Part shown: in pieces, positions 30,131 through 40,145 of the stretch
Position numbering within the stretch: the first letter of the stretch is position 1
Layout of the letters: each line of letters starts with the position of its first letter
Notes under the pieces: generated by a model
The model's database searches: none
The model's input: the letters and a program-made list of their open reading frames with translations, nothing else
Told to the model about the DNA's origin: nothing
Source of the DNA: Candidatus Latescibacterota bacterium
GTDB lineage: Bacteria > Latescibacterota > UBA2968 > GCA-2709665
Assembly (NCBI GenBank): GCA_965116875.1
Contig: OZ220733.1
Span: 1,664,001-1,728,000, forward strand
Reading direction: 5' to 3'
Length of the DNA stretch: 64,000 nucleotides
Position numbers and translations under genes: made by a program

Positions 30131-31231
30131 TCAATAGTCCCACGGAATCCGATACGGGTGAGTAAACCCTCCCGGTTCTTGTAGAACGACTTCAAAGGCG
30201 GCGAGGTTCTCCGTCCGCGTCCCAGGATAGGCTCCCCGGTCCGGCGGGCCCACGCCCAATACCAGCGCCTCCGGCATCTCGAAGGCCGACCGGAAACCCA
30301 GCGCCTTCAAGACCTCCGTCTTCATCGTTTCGCCCGGTGTGTCCATCGTGCGCAGACGGCAGAAGCCCATGTCCGCGGCGGATTTCCGGACACCATCGAA
30401 CAACGCGCGGCACCGGTCCAAGCGCCAGGAACCCCGGTGCAGGTACATATCCATCAGACCGATATGGGCCTCGTGCCGGTTGTCCCATTGCGTTGTCCGC
30501 CACGGCGCCAGCGTTGAGAACCCGATCAGCTTCGACCCGGAAAACAACCCGAGCATCCGTACGTGCCGCGCCTCGGAACGCCCCTCCGACAGCTTCGGAA
30601 TCTCCACCAGAATCTGGCCCTCGTGCAGCTGATCGTCGGCGAGCAGCGTCAGCAGATAACTCTTCACCAGAACGTCAGGGTCCACCGCCGAGTTTAACAG
30701 GACCTGAATCTCGTTCAGATGGCTGAAATCGAGGGGCCGCACCTCCAGCGGGTCGCCGTCTCCAATACGGAAATACGCATCCAGGTATTCCTGTATACTC
30801 CCGCCGCCGTAGTCCAAACCCAGCCATTCCGGATGGTCCTGCACCACATCCCGAAACCCGTACTTTTCATATACCCGGTGTGCGATGCTCGGGCCGGTGT
30901 CGATAAACATCGCCTCGGCGCCCGTTTCTCTCACCGCGTCGATGCACAGCTTCAGCAGCCTCCCGCCCAGCCCCTTCCGCTTGTGTTCGTCGGCAAACAT
31001 CCCATAGTGTCCCAGCCGCCCCCAGGGACTGTGCCGGGACGTCAGCGTCCACCCCTCTCCCACGATCTCGCCGTTGAGATCCGCCACAAACCGCCGGATA
31101 TTTTCAAAATACCCGTACGGATTGATCCCGCACAGCGTGAACTGCACCTCGGTATCACTCTGGATTTCTCTGAACCCCTGTTCGCGGATCCCATAGTCAT
31201 CCACCTGTTCGATGATTCCGGGTTCAGACAT
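30131..31231 (-). CDS. GNAT family N-acetyltransferase (two-domain)
   Basis: HKRKGLGGRLL, AHRVYEKYGF; second degenerate GNAT half. Confidence 0.8.
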   Translation of the reverse strand: MSEPGIIEQVDDYGIREQGFREIQSDTEVQFTLCGINPYGYFENIRRFVADLNGEIVGEGWTLTSRHSPWGRLGHYGMFADEHKRKGLGGRLLKLCIDAVRETGAEAMFIDTGPSIAHRVYEKYGFRDVVQDHPEWLGLDYGGGSIQEYLDAYFRIGDGDPLEVRPLDFSHLNEIQVLLNSAVDPDVLVKSYLLTLLADDQLHEGQILVEIPKLSEGRSEARHVRMLGLFSGSKLIGFSTLAPWRTTQWDNRHEAHIGLMDMYLHRGSWRLDRCRALFDGVRKSAADMGFCRLRTMDTPGETMKTEVLKALGFRSAFEMPEALVLGVGPPDRGAYPGTRTENLAAFEVVLQEPGGFTHPYRIPWDY

Positions 31232-31300
31232 CGGTCCATCCGTCCACGCGAAATCTCCGTTCCTCGACGATCGGGACCGGGAACTGTTATCGTGCGCCGC

Positions 31301-32581
31301 TCATGTTCCTTTGCAATCGTAGAACCACGACAGCGGATAGACACGCAGCACCAGTTCGCCGGGTTTCCTGGCCGTAAGCTTCCGTTCGCCAAGCGTCACG
31401 GCCTGGCCCGTATCCTCATCCGCCTCCACCCAGCTTCGATGATACATCAGCAGGACCCTGTCGCCGTGAAACCATACGTTCGCATAATCGAACGTCGCGA
31501 AGTCCTCCGGAAGGGTCCCGAGTTCCGGAAGCGCAATGACGGGGCTGACCGGATACTGCGGCGAAACCCGGTCCACGTCCTCCATCCCGCCGCTGAGTTC
31601 GATCGTCCGGAAGTGCGACCAGCTGGCGCCGCTATCGCTCGATATGGCCGAGGACAGTCGTCCCCGTCTGTACCCTCTGAGGATCTCCTCCCGGGACGTC
31701 TGATTCCAGACGCACATCAGGTGGCCCGTACCCGGTATCCGCCTGAGCCTGGGCGGCGAATAGGAAGCGGCGAGATCGCTCGGCGTCACGGGCGTCCAGG
31801 TCTCGCCGCCGTCCTCACTGTAACACTGCACCAGCCGCCCAACCGTGGACCTCGCCATCATCATCAGTCGTCCGTCGGGACACACGGCCACGCCCGGCTC
31901 GTCTACCGCTGTGATGCCGCCGCGGCCGTTCGGTATGCCTTCCGCGTCGAACCAGCCCATCAACTGCCCCCGGCACATTTTCCAGGTGCGGCCGTCGTCG
32001 TCGGAATAGCTCACAGCGGCAATGTCCACCTCCGGGTAATGATAGTGCCCGCTCACCTGCAGGCGCAGGCCTTTCCAGAATCCGTAGCTGCTCACCCGCG
32101 CGTACTCCAACCCCGAATGATGGTTATTGCTGTGGCAGATCCGGCTGGGCACCACCATCCTGCCGCCCGGCATTTGAATCATCGTGTCGTAATACGGTCC
32201 TCCGAGCAGATTCATCGGCCACTGTCCGGACCAGGACCTGCCCTCGTCGTCCGACACGGACAGGTAGAACGGATTCCAGTTGAACATCTCGGACCCGCGA
32301 TTGATATTCCTGCCACCGAGGTGCGAGAGGGCAAGCCTGCCCGACTGCAACCGGATGCAGGACAGGCAGGAGGTCTCTCCCATGGAATCCCAGTCGGGCG
32401 CTTCCGCTCTTTCCCAGGTCCGCCCCGAGTCTCCGGACCGGTAACACCGGCGGCCTGCGATCATCAGAAGACCGTCCCGCACCTCCACAACGGCCGTCGC
32501 GCTTCCGGCGCCCACACCGATATGCTCAATAACGCCGTCGGGGACCGGCTTTCGAAATACCGGCCTTTCTGAATCGGTCAT
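31301..32581 (-). CDS. BNR/Asp-box repeat sialidase-like protein
   Basis: Five Asp-boxes (SGDSGRTW, SDDEGRSW, SDDDGRTW, SEDGGETW, SSDSGASW). Confidence 0.85.
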   Translation of the reverse strand: MTDSERPVFRKPVPDGVIEHIGVGAGSATAVVEVRDGLLMIAGRRCYRSGDSGRTWERAEAPDWDSMGETSCLSCIRLQSGRLALSHLGGRNINRGSEMFNWNPFYLSVSDDEGRSWSGQWPMNLLGGPYYDTMIQMPGGRMVVPSRICHSNNHHSGLEYARVSSYGFWKGLRLQVSGHYHYPEVDIAAVSYSDDDGRTWKMCRGQLMGWFDAEGIPNGRGGITAVDEPGVAVCPDGRLMMMARSTVGRLVQCYSEDGGETWTPVTPSDLAASYSPPRLRRIPGTGHLMCVWNQTSREEILRGYRRGRLSSAISSDSGASWSHFRTIELSGGMEDVDRVSPQYPVSPVIALPELGTLPEDFATFDYANVWFHGDRVLLMYHRSWVEADEDTGQAVTLGERKLTARKPGELVLRVYPLSWFYDCKGT

Positions 32582-32685
32582 GCCAGTGTCCTCCATATCC
32601 CGTTACGCGAATGTCGTCGCTCACATTCCTGGCAATGTGGTCGGCATCCCGATCCCGATGAGTACTCACGGCGCAGGCGCCATCC

Positions 32686-34068
32686 TCACTGAAAGCGTAT
32701 GGCGTAGAGGTCGGCCTCCTTCATCGCCGCGCGAAGGCGCACCGGCCTCCCGGCCAGCGCGGATACGTCCGAGCCGCTGTCCCAGCTGACCGTCCGCGCA
32801 ATCTCGTCTCCATAAATCTCGGCGCTTTCGGACAACGAGCGGCCCTCGATGGGCCTGCCCTGCTCGTCCTGCAACTCGAACCGGATTTCGCCGGCCACCG
32901 ACGTCGAATAGTTGATGACCAGCTCACTGCCGGCGAAAGTGAAGGGCCTGGTTACGATTTCGCCGCCTTCGAAGGGTGCGTTGACGGAGACGAAACCGTC
33001 GGTCCGAAGGACGCCTCGACGGAGCCGGCACGTCGGGTTCCGGTAGTTCTCCACGTAGTAGATCGAGATTTCCCCGGCCCCGGTGGGCACAACACCCACG
33101 CCGGCGGCCATATTCCGCTCATTCCAGTTCCTCGTGTCAAGGCCCGGACGGATGAACGGACCCATGAACCGGCGGTCCCACCGGATCCCGTCCCGGCTGG
33201 ACATGAAGACCCCCTCGGACAGGCCGTCGGACACCCAGTCCCTGTGGAACTTCCGGCCAAGCCGAAGCCGCTTGGGGAACATCAGGTAGACGTGGGGAGC
33301 GCGGAAGTACTGGGTCGCCGCGTTGGTGTACAGGTGCTCCTTTTGCCTTCCTCCCATGTCGATCAGCTCCGGCACGGTCCAGTCCAGGAAGTCGTCCGAC
33401 TCGGCCCGCCGAATCGACCGGTATACGCCACCCTGAGCGGGGCCCCCGCCACCCTCGCGACCGGGCGTGAAGCCCCTCAGGTAGCTGACGTACTTGCGAA
33501 TATTGACGTCCCAGAATGCCACGTTCGGTGAGTCGAAGCTGGGATGGCCGTCGGGTGGCGCATGCAGGATCGGTCTGTCCCGGATCAGCTCCCAATGGAT
33601 GCCGTCGGGCGAACCGTAGCCGTAAATCGTACTGCGCCGGTCCAGTTTTTCGCCCCTCAGGAAGCCCTTGTACCGCTGCGAGTCCGGCGCGGCCGGATTG
33701 GGATCCTTGAAGACGCAGGCGTTCCAGTGCGTGGCCTCCATCACGATGTTGTTCTCCTTCGAGCCCTCGAACTCGTGGAGCCCGAGAGTTGGACGCTCGA
33801 AATGGAGGCCATCGGGGCTTTCGGCGTAACAGGTCGTCCGGTTCGTTCCGTCAGGACCGGTGGCGCGGTACCAGAGGCGGTAGCGCCCTTCGTCCAGGAT
33901 GACGTTGGCGGCCCACGACGTCTCCCCTTCCCAGCGCCGGTCGAATTCGAGGACGACCTCGGCCGGCGCGGGAGGATGGAGCTTGAGGCTCGTGTTCGTC
34001 ATCGTGTCGATCAGCCAGTCGTCGACGAATAGCTCGAGCCTGGAGCCTATGTTTCTGATGTCGGCCAT
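32686..34068 (-). CDS. beta-propeller glycoside-hydrolase-like hypothetical protein
   Basis: ELFVDDWLI, CYAESPDGLHFERP.LG, SPDGIHW, SSRDGIRW, LRTDGFVS. Confidence 0.7.
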   Translation of the reverse strand: MADIRNIGSRLELFVDDWLIDTMTNTSLKLHPPAPAEVVLEFDRRWEGETSWAANVILDEGRYRLWYRATGPDGTNRTTCYAESPDGLHFERPTLGLHEFEGSKENNIVMEATHWNACVFKDPNPAAPDSQRYKGFLRGEKLDRRSTIYGYGSPDGIHWELIRDRPILHAPPDGHPSFDSPNVAFWDVNIRKYVSYLRGFTPGREGGGGPAQGGVYRSIRRAESDDFLDWTVPELIDMGGRQKEHLYTNAATQYFRAPHVYLMFPKRLRLGRKFHRDWVSDGLSEGVFMSSRDGIRWDRRFMGPFIRPGLDTRNWNERNMAAGVGVVPTGAGEISIYYVENYRNPTCRLRRGVLRTDGFVSVNAPFEGGEIVTRPFTFAGSELVINYSTSVAGEIRFELQDEQGRPIEGRSLSESAEIYGDEIARTVSWDSGSDVSALAGRPVRLRAAMKEADLYAIRFQ

Positions 34069-34097
34069 GGTTCATTCCCCTGTCCCGCCGCTGATGG

Positions 34098-35321
34098 CTA
34101 ATTCCAATCAACCGGCGATTCCAGCATACCCAGCACGGCCCTTCTGACGCGGTCCAGGCCCAGCATCACCGTCCAGCGCCGAACCAGGTCCGAGTCTTCG
34201 AAGCGTCGCCCCTCCTCGTTCGTCTTCACATCCCCCGGTCCACGAACGGCGATTGCCGTCGATCTTCCCTCGAAAGGGCCGATCATCGCCAGCCCCACGC
34301 CGCCTTCCGGCGCAATCCGGTCTGCCAGAAGTCCCGCCAGCGTCCGCTCATCGTCGCCTTGCCGCAATTCGCCGCGTGCGGCCTCTACCGCCTGATCGGC
34401 CCGGCTCCCGTGCAAGGCGGAGACCAGGACGCTCTCGAATCCCGCTTCGTTCAATTCCCGCGACAGTTGTCCCCCGGTCAGCGTATCCACCAGGCCCAGC
34501 TTCAATTCCCGCTTTGACAGCAACCCGCCTACGACCCCGGCCACGGTCTCTTTGTCTACACCGTAAACGGCCACACCCAGCCGTTCCCGGAGCTCGGACT
34601 CCATGCCGGCAATCAGCGCTTCGGCGTCCGCCTTCGAATCGGCCCGGGCTGTTATGCGAACGTCCGTTTGTCCCGCGTGTGCTGCCAGACCAACCGTCGG
34701 GTTCGACGAAGTCATCAGGTCTCCGATGCCACGATCGATATTGCTTTCGCCAACCGCGCACGTCCGAAGTACCCGTACGTGGATGACCTTCACCCCGCCC
34801 ATCCTCTCGACGAGCAGCGGCACGACGGTATGCTCCATCATGTGCGCCAGTTCCCGGGGCACTCCGGGCAGACAGATGATGAATCCCCGTTCTCCGGTGT
34901 CCTCACTCAGAAAACACGGCGCGGTCCCGACGGGGTTCTCCAAAGGAAGCGCCCCCTCCGGCAGGTACGCCTGCCTTCTGTTGTTTGCGGCCATCTTTCG
35001 CCCGAAGTTGCGGAAGCGCGCCGCGATCTGTCGTTCCAACTCCTCGCTGTAGATCAGCTTCCGCCCGGTAGCGCGCGCAATCGCCTGCCGGGTCACGTCG
35101 TCCACGGTGGGCCCGATGCCCCCTGACGTGATTACCGCGTCGGACCGATCCAGCGCGAGATTGAGTACCTCTGCGATGCGTTCCTCGTTATCTCCAACCG
35201 TGGTCTTGTAATAGAGGTCTATCCCGACGTTCCGGAGCGCAACCGCCAGCAGATTCGCGTTGGTGTCGACGATTTCCCCCAGCAGAAGCTCGGTTCCGAT
35301 CATGACGATTTCTGCGCGCAA
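34098..35321 (-). CDS. cinA: CinA-like protein (molybdopterin-binding-like domain + degenerate PncC domain)
   Basis: IGTELLLGEIVDTNA, VGDN, SGGIGPTVDDVTR, GTAP, LPGVPREL; probable TTG start 35321. Confidence 0.85.
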   Translation of the reverse strand: MRAEIVMIGTELLLGEIVDTNANLLAVALRNVGIDLYYKTTVGDNEERIAEVLNLALDRSDAVITSGGIGPTVDDVTRQAIARATGRKLIYSEELERQIAARFRNFGRKMAANNRRQAYLPEGALPLENPVGTAPCFLSEDTGERGFIICLPGVPRELAHMMEHTVVPLLVERMGGVKVIHVRVLRTCAVGESNIDRGIGDLMTSSNPTVGLAAHAGQTDVRITARADSKADAEALIAGMESELRERLGVAVYGVDKETVAGVVGGLLSKRELKLGLVDTLTGGQLSRELNEAGFESVLVSALHGSRADQAVEAARGELRQGDDERTLAGLLADRIAPEGGVGLAMIGPFEGRSTAIAVRGPGDVKTNEEGRRFEDSDLVRRWTVMLGLDRVRRAVLGMLESPVDWN

Positions 35322-35359
35322 ATCTCTCCCCTCACCTGTCTCATGTCTTCCCGATTTTG

Positions 35360-35387
35360 GCTGACAGCTGACGGCTGATAGCTGGTA
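35360..35387. repeat. GCTGAnn heptamer tandem repeat
   Basis: gctgaca gctgacg gctgata gctggta; same family at 59458-59488. Confidence 0.6.
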
Positions 35388-35395
35388 GCCACATT

Positions 35396-36979
35396 TCACC
35401 GAAAAACCGGCGCGGCGGCGGGTTCAATCGCCACGTTCACGCACGCGGGAAGGCCGGACGCCACCGCTTCGTTCAGCGCGGCCGGAATATCCTCCGCCCG
35501 GTCCACAAAGGCGCCGTATCCGCCCAGCGCCTCCGCCACCCGATCGTACCTCGTCCCGAGCAGATCGCACCCGACGGTTCGATCGGACCCGTAGGTTTCG
35601 ACCTGGAGTACGTGCTCGGCATTCCACCTTGCGTCGTTTCCGACGATAACAACCACCGGCAGTCCATAGCGCAGCGCCGTATCCAGTTCCATCCCATGGT
35701 AACCGAATGTCCCGTCCCCCAGCAATACGAACACGGCCCGGTCCGGATAGGCCAGCTTTGCCGCCAGACCCATCGGCAACGCGCTCCCGATTGAGCCGGA
35801 GGGCCCGTTGATCAACCTGATCTCCGCCGCGAGACCCGCCTGCGCCCACTGCCCGAACTCCCCTCCATCGCTCACGAAAATCGCCCCGTCGTCCAGGAAC
35901 GGCTGCACTGCATCACAGACCCCCAGCGGATGCACGGGACTGGCGGCCGGACGCAACAGACCGTCCCAGTCCGCCGGGGTGGCGACACGCAATCTGTTCA
36001 CGTCCAACCGCCACGACCCGGAATTCCAGGACCGTTCGCGCGCCATTCCCGCAAGCCGCCGGGTGGCTTCCCACGGGTCCGCGCACAGCCGCAACGCCGC
36101 ACCGTCCCTCAACTCGTTCCGCTCCGCGTCGATCTGAATGAACCCTCGCTCTTCGGAAAAAAACGGGGGCTGGCCGAAGCGCAGCGAAAAATCGAGCTTC
36201 TTGCCGAGTAGAAGCACAACGTCGGCACTGGCCAGACACATGACCGCCCGGCGCAGCGCCGGATCGTTCACGCCGCGCGGGCTTTCCATCGGCAGCGCCG
36301 GAATCCCCGTTGCGGCCGCAAGCGCTTCCACGGCCCCCCAGCGCTGACCCCGACCCATCGCGGGTCCGGCCAGGATCAGCGGCCGGTCCGCCTTGTTCAG
36401 CATCGCCAGCACGGCGTCCAGGTCCTCTTCGGCCGCCTCCGCCGCACGTCTCGAACCGGTCCCCGGAATCTGCCGCGCGGATGCCTCCAGAACGTCCGAG
36501 GGCAGGCTCAAATGCACGGGGCCGGGCCGGCCGGATACCGCCTGTTCCAGCGCCCTGGACAGGTCGCCCTCCAGGTCTTCGCTTCTCTCCACCCGCCAGG
36601 ATGCCTTTGCCACGGGCCGCGCGGCGGCTGCCTGATCGATCTCCTGGAACGCGCCCCGCCCGATTTGCGCCTCCGGACAGTGACCGCTCAGCATCAACAG
36701 CGGCGATTCCGCCATCAACGCCACGTAGAGCGCCGTCAGCCCGTTGCAGTGTCCGGGCCCCGCGGTCAGCAGCGCGACACCTGGCGCCTCGGTCAACCTG
36801 CCCCAGCCATCGGCCATATGGACGGCCGCGGCTTCGTGGCGGGTGTGGATCAGTTCAATGTCCCGCCCGATGGTGGCATCGTAGACCGAAAGGATCTGAT
36901 TGCCCGAGAGCGAAAACAGATGCTTTACCCCGGCCGCGATCAACCCTTCGGCCAGCACGTCCGCACCTGTCAGTGACAT
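35396..36979 (-). CDS. thiamine pyrophosphate-dependent enzyme (acetolactate synthase-like)
   Basis: TRHEAAAVHMADG, TAGPG, GRPGPVHL, GDGTFG...N. Confidence 0.9.
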   Translation of the reverse strand: MSLTGADVLAEGLIAAGVKHLFSLSGNQILSVYDATIGRDIELIHTRHEAAAVHMADGWGRLTEAPGVALLTAGPGHCNGLTALYVALMAESPLLMLSGHCPEAQIGRGAFQEIDQAAAARPVAKASWRVERSEDLEGDLSRALEQAVSGRPGPVHLSLPSDVLEASARQIPGTGSRRAAEAAEEDLDAVLAMLNKADRPLILAGPAMGRGQRWGAVEALAAATGIPALPMESPRGVNDPALRRAVMCLASADVVLLLGKKLDFSLRFGQPPFFSEERGFIQIDAERNELRDGAALRLCADPWEATRRLAGMARERSWNSGSWRLDVNRLRVATPADWDGLLRPAASPVHPLGVCDAVQPFLDDGAIFVSDGGEFGQWAQAGLAAEIRLINGPSGSIGSALPMGLAAKLAYPDRAVFVLLGDGTFGYHGMELDTALRYGLPVVVIVGNDARWNAEHVLQVETYGSDRTVGCDLLGTRYDRVAEALGGYGAFVDRAEDIPAALNEAVASGLPACVNVAIEPAAAPVFR

Positions 36980-37028
36980 GGGATGCTTCCTTCCTGTATC
37001 TTCGATATCGGCGCGCGGAGCGTACGAT

Positions 37029-38243
37029 CTACATCGCAGACACCCTGTCGAACCTGCCTCTCACCAGCGCCTTCATCTCGCTCGCCCTGCGGAATGTTTC
37101 CGTGACTTCCTCTTTCAGCTCCTCCGGCTGGTAGACTTTCCCCTTGCGCACGGTCAACACCGGCGTAATCATCCGCGAGCCCATCTCCTGGTTGTCGCCC
37201 ACGTCCCTGAACTCGAACGCGCCGTCCCGCACTTCGAACGCCGCCAGGTCCGCCACGGTCCCGACCTTCAAGGTCCCCAGTTCCTCCTCCCGTCCAATCG
37301 CCGCGGCCGGCGCGGCCGTTGTCTGGTAGACGACTTCCGGCAACTCCATTCCCAGGTTCAGCATCTTGGAGGCCGTTTCGGGCAGACTGTACACCGGATC
37401 GTTTAAACAGAGCACGTGCAGGTCCGTGCTGATCACGTCCGAAGGAAAACCCTGCGCCAGCGCCTTCTTGGCAACCTCGAACAGGAAACTTCCGCCACCG
37501 TGGCCGAGGTCGAACAGGACCCCCCGTTCCCTCGCCGCCCACACCTCCGGTATTACCCGTCCCTCCGTGCCGAGGATCGTATCGCCGCCGCCGTGATAGC
37601 AGTGGGTGACGATATCGCCGGGGCGAACCTCGCCAAGGACGTCCGGCAGAGGAACGCCGGATCCGGCGTGCACCATCACCTTCGAATTCGAAAGCTCCGC
37701 GGCCTTTACCGCGAGTTTCAGGGGCGCAACCCCGTTGTCCCCCACCTGATGGCTTCCCTCGCGCACCTTTACGCCCACGCAGAGTTCCGGCCATCGATCG
37801 ATGATGTACGCCGTACGTTCCGGGTCCGCGTACCTCAAGTCCAGCATCTCACCCACGGGTCCGCAGGTCAACCCGATTCCGCTGATGTGTACGAACGTAA
37901 GTACCTGCGTCCGCGCCGGGGCCGCGACGTAATCGTGGAATCCCATGAAATTCGCCCAACCCGGGCTGCCCGCGTCCACGACCGTCGTGACCCCGGTCGC
38001 CAGGCACAGCGCATCCCCCTGGATCCCCCAGGTGGTCGCCCCCGCGTAGATGTGGGTGTGAATATCCACCCAGCCCGGCGTCAGAATCCTTCCTCCCAGA
38101 TCCACCGTTTCTCTGGCCGGCTCCGCGATTTCCTTCTCCACCGCGGCGATTTTTTCACCTTTCACCGCGACGTCGTACGCCCCGTTCAACCCCAGGGCGC
38201 CGTCAATCACGGCGGCGCCCTTCAGCACCAGATCATAGGTCAT
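37029..38243 (-). CDS. metallo-dependent amidohydrolase (dihydroorotase-like)
   Basis: PGWVDIHTH, GVTTVVDAGS, DLGHGGGSF, ISTDLH. Confidence 0.88.
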   Translation of the reverse strand: MTYDLVLKGAAVIDGALGLNGAYDVAVKGEKIAAVEKEIAEPARETVDLGGRILTPGWVDIHTHIYAGATTWGIQGDALCLATGVTTVVDAGSPGWANFMGFHDYVAAPARTQVLTFVHISGIGLTCGPVGEMLDLRYADPERTAYIIDRWPELCVGVKVREGSHQVGDNGVAPLKLAVKAAELSNSKVMVHAGSGVPLPDVLGEVRPGDIVTHCYHGGGDTILGTEGRVIPEVWAARERGVLFDLGHGGGSFLFEVAKKALAQGFPSDVISTDLHVLCLNDPVYSLPETASKMLNLGMELPEVVYQTTAAPAAAIGREEELGTLKVGTVADLAAFEVRDGAFEFRDVGDNQEMGSRMITPVLTVRKGKVYQPEELKEEVTETFRRASEMKALVRGRFDRVSAM

Positions 38244-38272
38244 ATTCCTGGTTCTCCGCTTCCCGGCTCCAA

Positions 38273-38330
38273 CAGTCCGTTGATAAAGTCGCTCTGCAGG
38301 CGAGGCCGGATGGGCTTTTTCAACGGGCTG
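38273..38330. mobile_element. MITE-like element, copy 3 (inverted)
   Basis: CAGTCCGTTGATAAAG...CTTTTTCAACGGGCTG abutting the TTAA stop of the NUDIX gene. Confidence 0.7.
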
Positions 38331-38870
38331 TTAAACTTGAACGCGTTCTCGTTCGGCGCCTGCCCGGTTCAGATATTTTTGAAAGAACTCCTGTGGAGAC
38401 ATCCCGGACTCCAGAAATATCCGGCGCAGGTCCCTCCGGTTCACGCCGGCCTCCCGCGGCCAGATCCGGTCCTGCAGACAGACCGTCCCGCAGACGCCGT
38501 CCAGTGTATCGCCGATCCACCGGCGGTGCCACCAGACGAAGGGTTCCGGCAGTTGAGTGGCGCAAAAATAACCGGATTCGATTACCTCCTCCGGTTGGGG
38601 CGTAATTTCCCGGCTGAGAGGACGGGCCGCGAAGACAACGCTGTGGTTTCCACCTGAAAGCCACCGCGGACTTACGTAGATCCCCACAAGCCGCGTCAGT
38701 TCGATTTCAATCCCCGTTTCTTCCCTGACCTCCCGCACGGCCGTTTCCGCGACGGTCTCCCCGTCCTCCACATTCCCACCCGGCAACGCCCACGCTTCGC
38801 AGTCCAGCCTCTTGATCAGCAGCACCTTTTCCGCTGACGTGACAATCGCGCTCGCCCCGATCGTCGGCAT
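38331..38870 (-). CDS. NUDIX hydrolase
   Basis: Nudix box [23 protein letters not shown]. Confidence 0.92.
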   Translation of the reverse strand: MPTIGASAIVTSAEKVLLIKRLDCEAWALPGGNVEDGETVAETAVREVREETGIEIELTRLVGIYVSPRWLSGGNHSVVFAARPLSREITPQPEEVIESGYFCATQLPEPFVWWHRRWIGDTLDGVCGTVCLQDRIWPREAGVNRRDLRRIFLESGMSPQEFFQKYLNRAGAERERVQV

Positions 38871-38940
38871 ACTGTCTCCTTATAACACGCCACTCAAGAC
38901 ACTCCCTGACTCCACAGCCAACACAGGAGGCGTACTCCGG

Positions 38941-39732
38941 TCAATTCCTCCGGAAATGCGGATGTTGCATCACCTCGCGCTCCGCCTCGGTCATGTCCAG
39001 AATATAATCGGGATACGACACCGTATGCGCGCCCGCCCCGTACGCCTGGAATGAGGGACTGAACTTGTACAGCAGCGCCCGCCGCTGATGTTCGGCCGTC
39101 CACGGCAACGTCCCGTGGGTCAGCGTTTCGGTAAAAATCACCACGTCTCCGGCGCGGCCGTTGACCTCTACGACGTGTTCCTGGTATTTCTCACCCCGCG
39201 TCATCTCCCTCGGGCACGCCAGATTCGCCTTGTGGCTTCCCGGCACCACCGCGACTCCTCCTTCGCCCGGCCCCTCGTCCGCCAGCAGATACTCCACGAC
39301 AGTCAGCCCGCAGTAGATACGCCCGCTCTTGAAGAAATACGCCTCTGAAAGATCCGGACGTTCCACACCGCCCCCGTGCAGCGTGCCTCCCTCGCAGCCC
39401 TTGTCCATGGCAATCAGGCCGGGCCCGTGATCCAGCCGATATCCCTTGCCCAGAATCACGTTCAGATGAGGCATCACACGGGGATGCACGAGCATTGCCC
39501 TGAAGGGTTCGCACCACGGACGCTCCCACGCCAGCATTCCGCCCAGATCCATCCTGTTCGACGTGCCTCCGAGCGCCGGGGCGCCTATCGTGAGCGACCC
39601 ATCCCTCTCCCTGAGCTGATCGGCATGGCGATCGATCGCCTCATTGCAGCGGTCGACTTCCTCCTTCGTCAGGACGTCCCGGAGTACCAGGTACCCGTTC
39701 AGATCGAACAGATATTTTTCATCGTCTGTCAT
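38941..39732 (-). CDS. phytanoyl-CoA dioxygenase (PhyH) family protein
   Basis: FDLNGYLVL, VVPGSHK, AGDVVIF.E.LTHG. Confidence 0.85.
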   Translation of the reverse strand: MTDDEKYLFDLNGYLVLRDVLTKEEVDRCNEAIDRHADQLRERDGSLTIGAPALGGTSNRMDLGGMLAWERPWCEPFRAMLVHPRVMPHLNVILGKGYRLDHGPGLIAMDKGCEGGTLHGGGVERPDLSEAYFFKSGRIYCGLTVVEYLLADEGPGEGGVAVVPGSHKANLACPREMTRGEKYQEHVVEVNGRAGDVVIFTETLTHGTLPWTAEHQRRALLYKFSPSFQAYGAGAHTVSYPDYILDMTEAEREVMQHPHFRRN

Positions 39733-39839
39733 CTCGTTCCTCCTTAACCTTGATTCATCGAAAAACCCGAACGTACATGGATAAACAGGATATGCAGGAT
39801 AAAAACCTGAAAGGATCGATGCGATTAAGCAGGATTAGC

Positions 39840-39980
39840 CTCAATTCGAAAAAACGACCGTTGATTTACCACAAAAAGCACAAAGGGCACAGAAGGTACC
39901 GGTGCTGAACGGGGCGTTGAGGCCGTTCAAATGGTTGAAATTTCCGTTCGCCTTCTACATCAGTCCATGCTCCTCCACTA
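39840..39980 (+). repeat. ~110-140-bp dispersed repeat with ACCACAAAAAGCACAAA core, copy 1
   Basis: Aligns to 52704-52843. Confidence 0.7.
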
Positions 39981-40135
39981 TCCGGAGCGAGGGCATCCTG
40001 CCCTCGAATTGCAGATGACTCGTCGATGTCCAAATCAAGGGCCGATTGCCTCCCTCCCATCCGAAGCCAAATCTGGAAGAACGGCGCCAGGGCCTCGCGA
40101 ATAGGCTTTCGAGGGCAGGATGCCCTCGCTCCGGA
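39981..40135. repeat. REPIN-like inverted pair
   Basis: 27-bp TCCGGAGCGAGGGCATCCTGCCCTCGA and its exact reverse complement at 40109-40135; second pair at 42784-42861. Confidence 0.8.
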
Positions 40136-40145
40136 GAAAGGCGCT

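Noticed and set aside
30719-32572. 617-aa plus-strand ORF and similar long shadow ORFs (23764-25296, 37416-38657, 20380-21777)
   Set aside because: They are antisense or off-frame to well-supported genes in GC-rich DNA and show no motifs.
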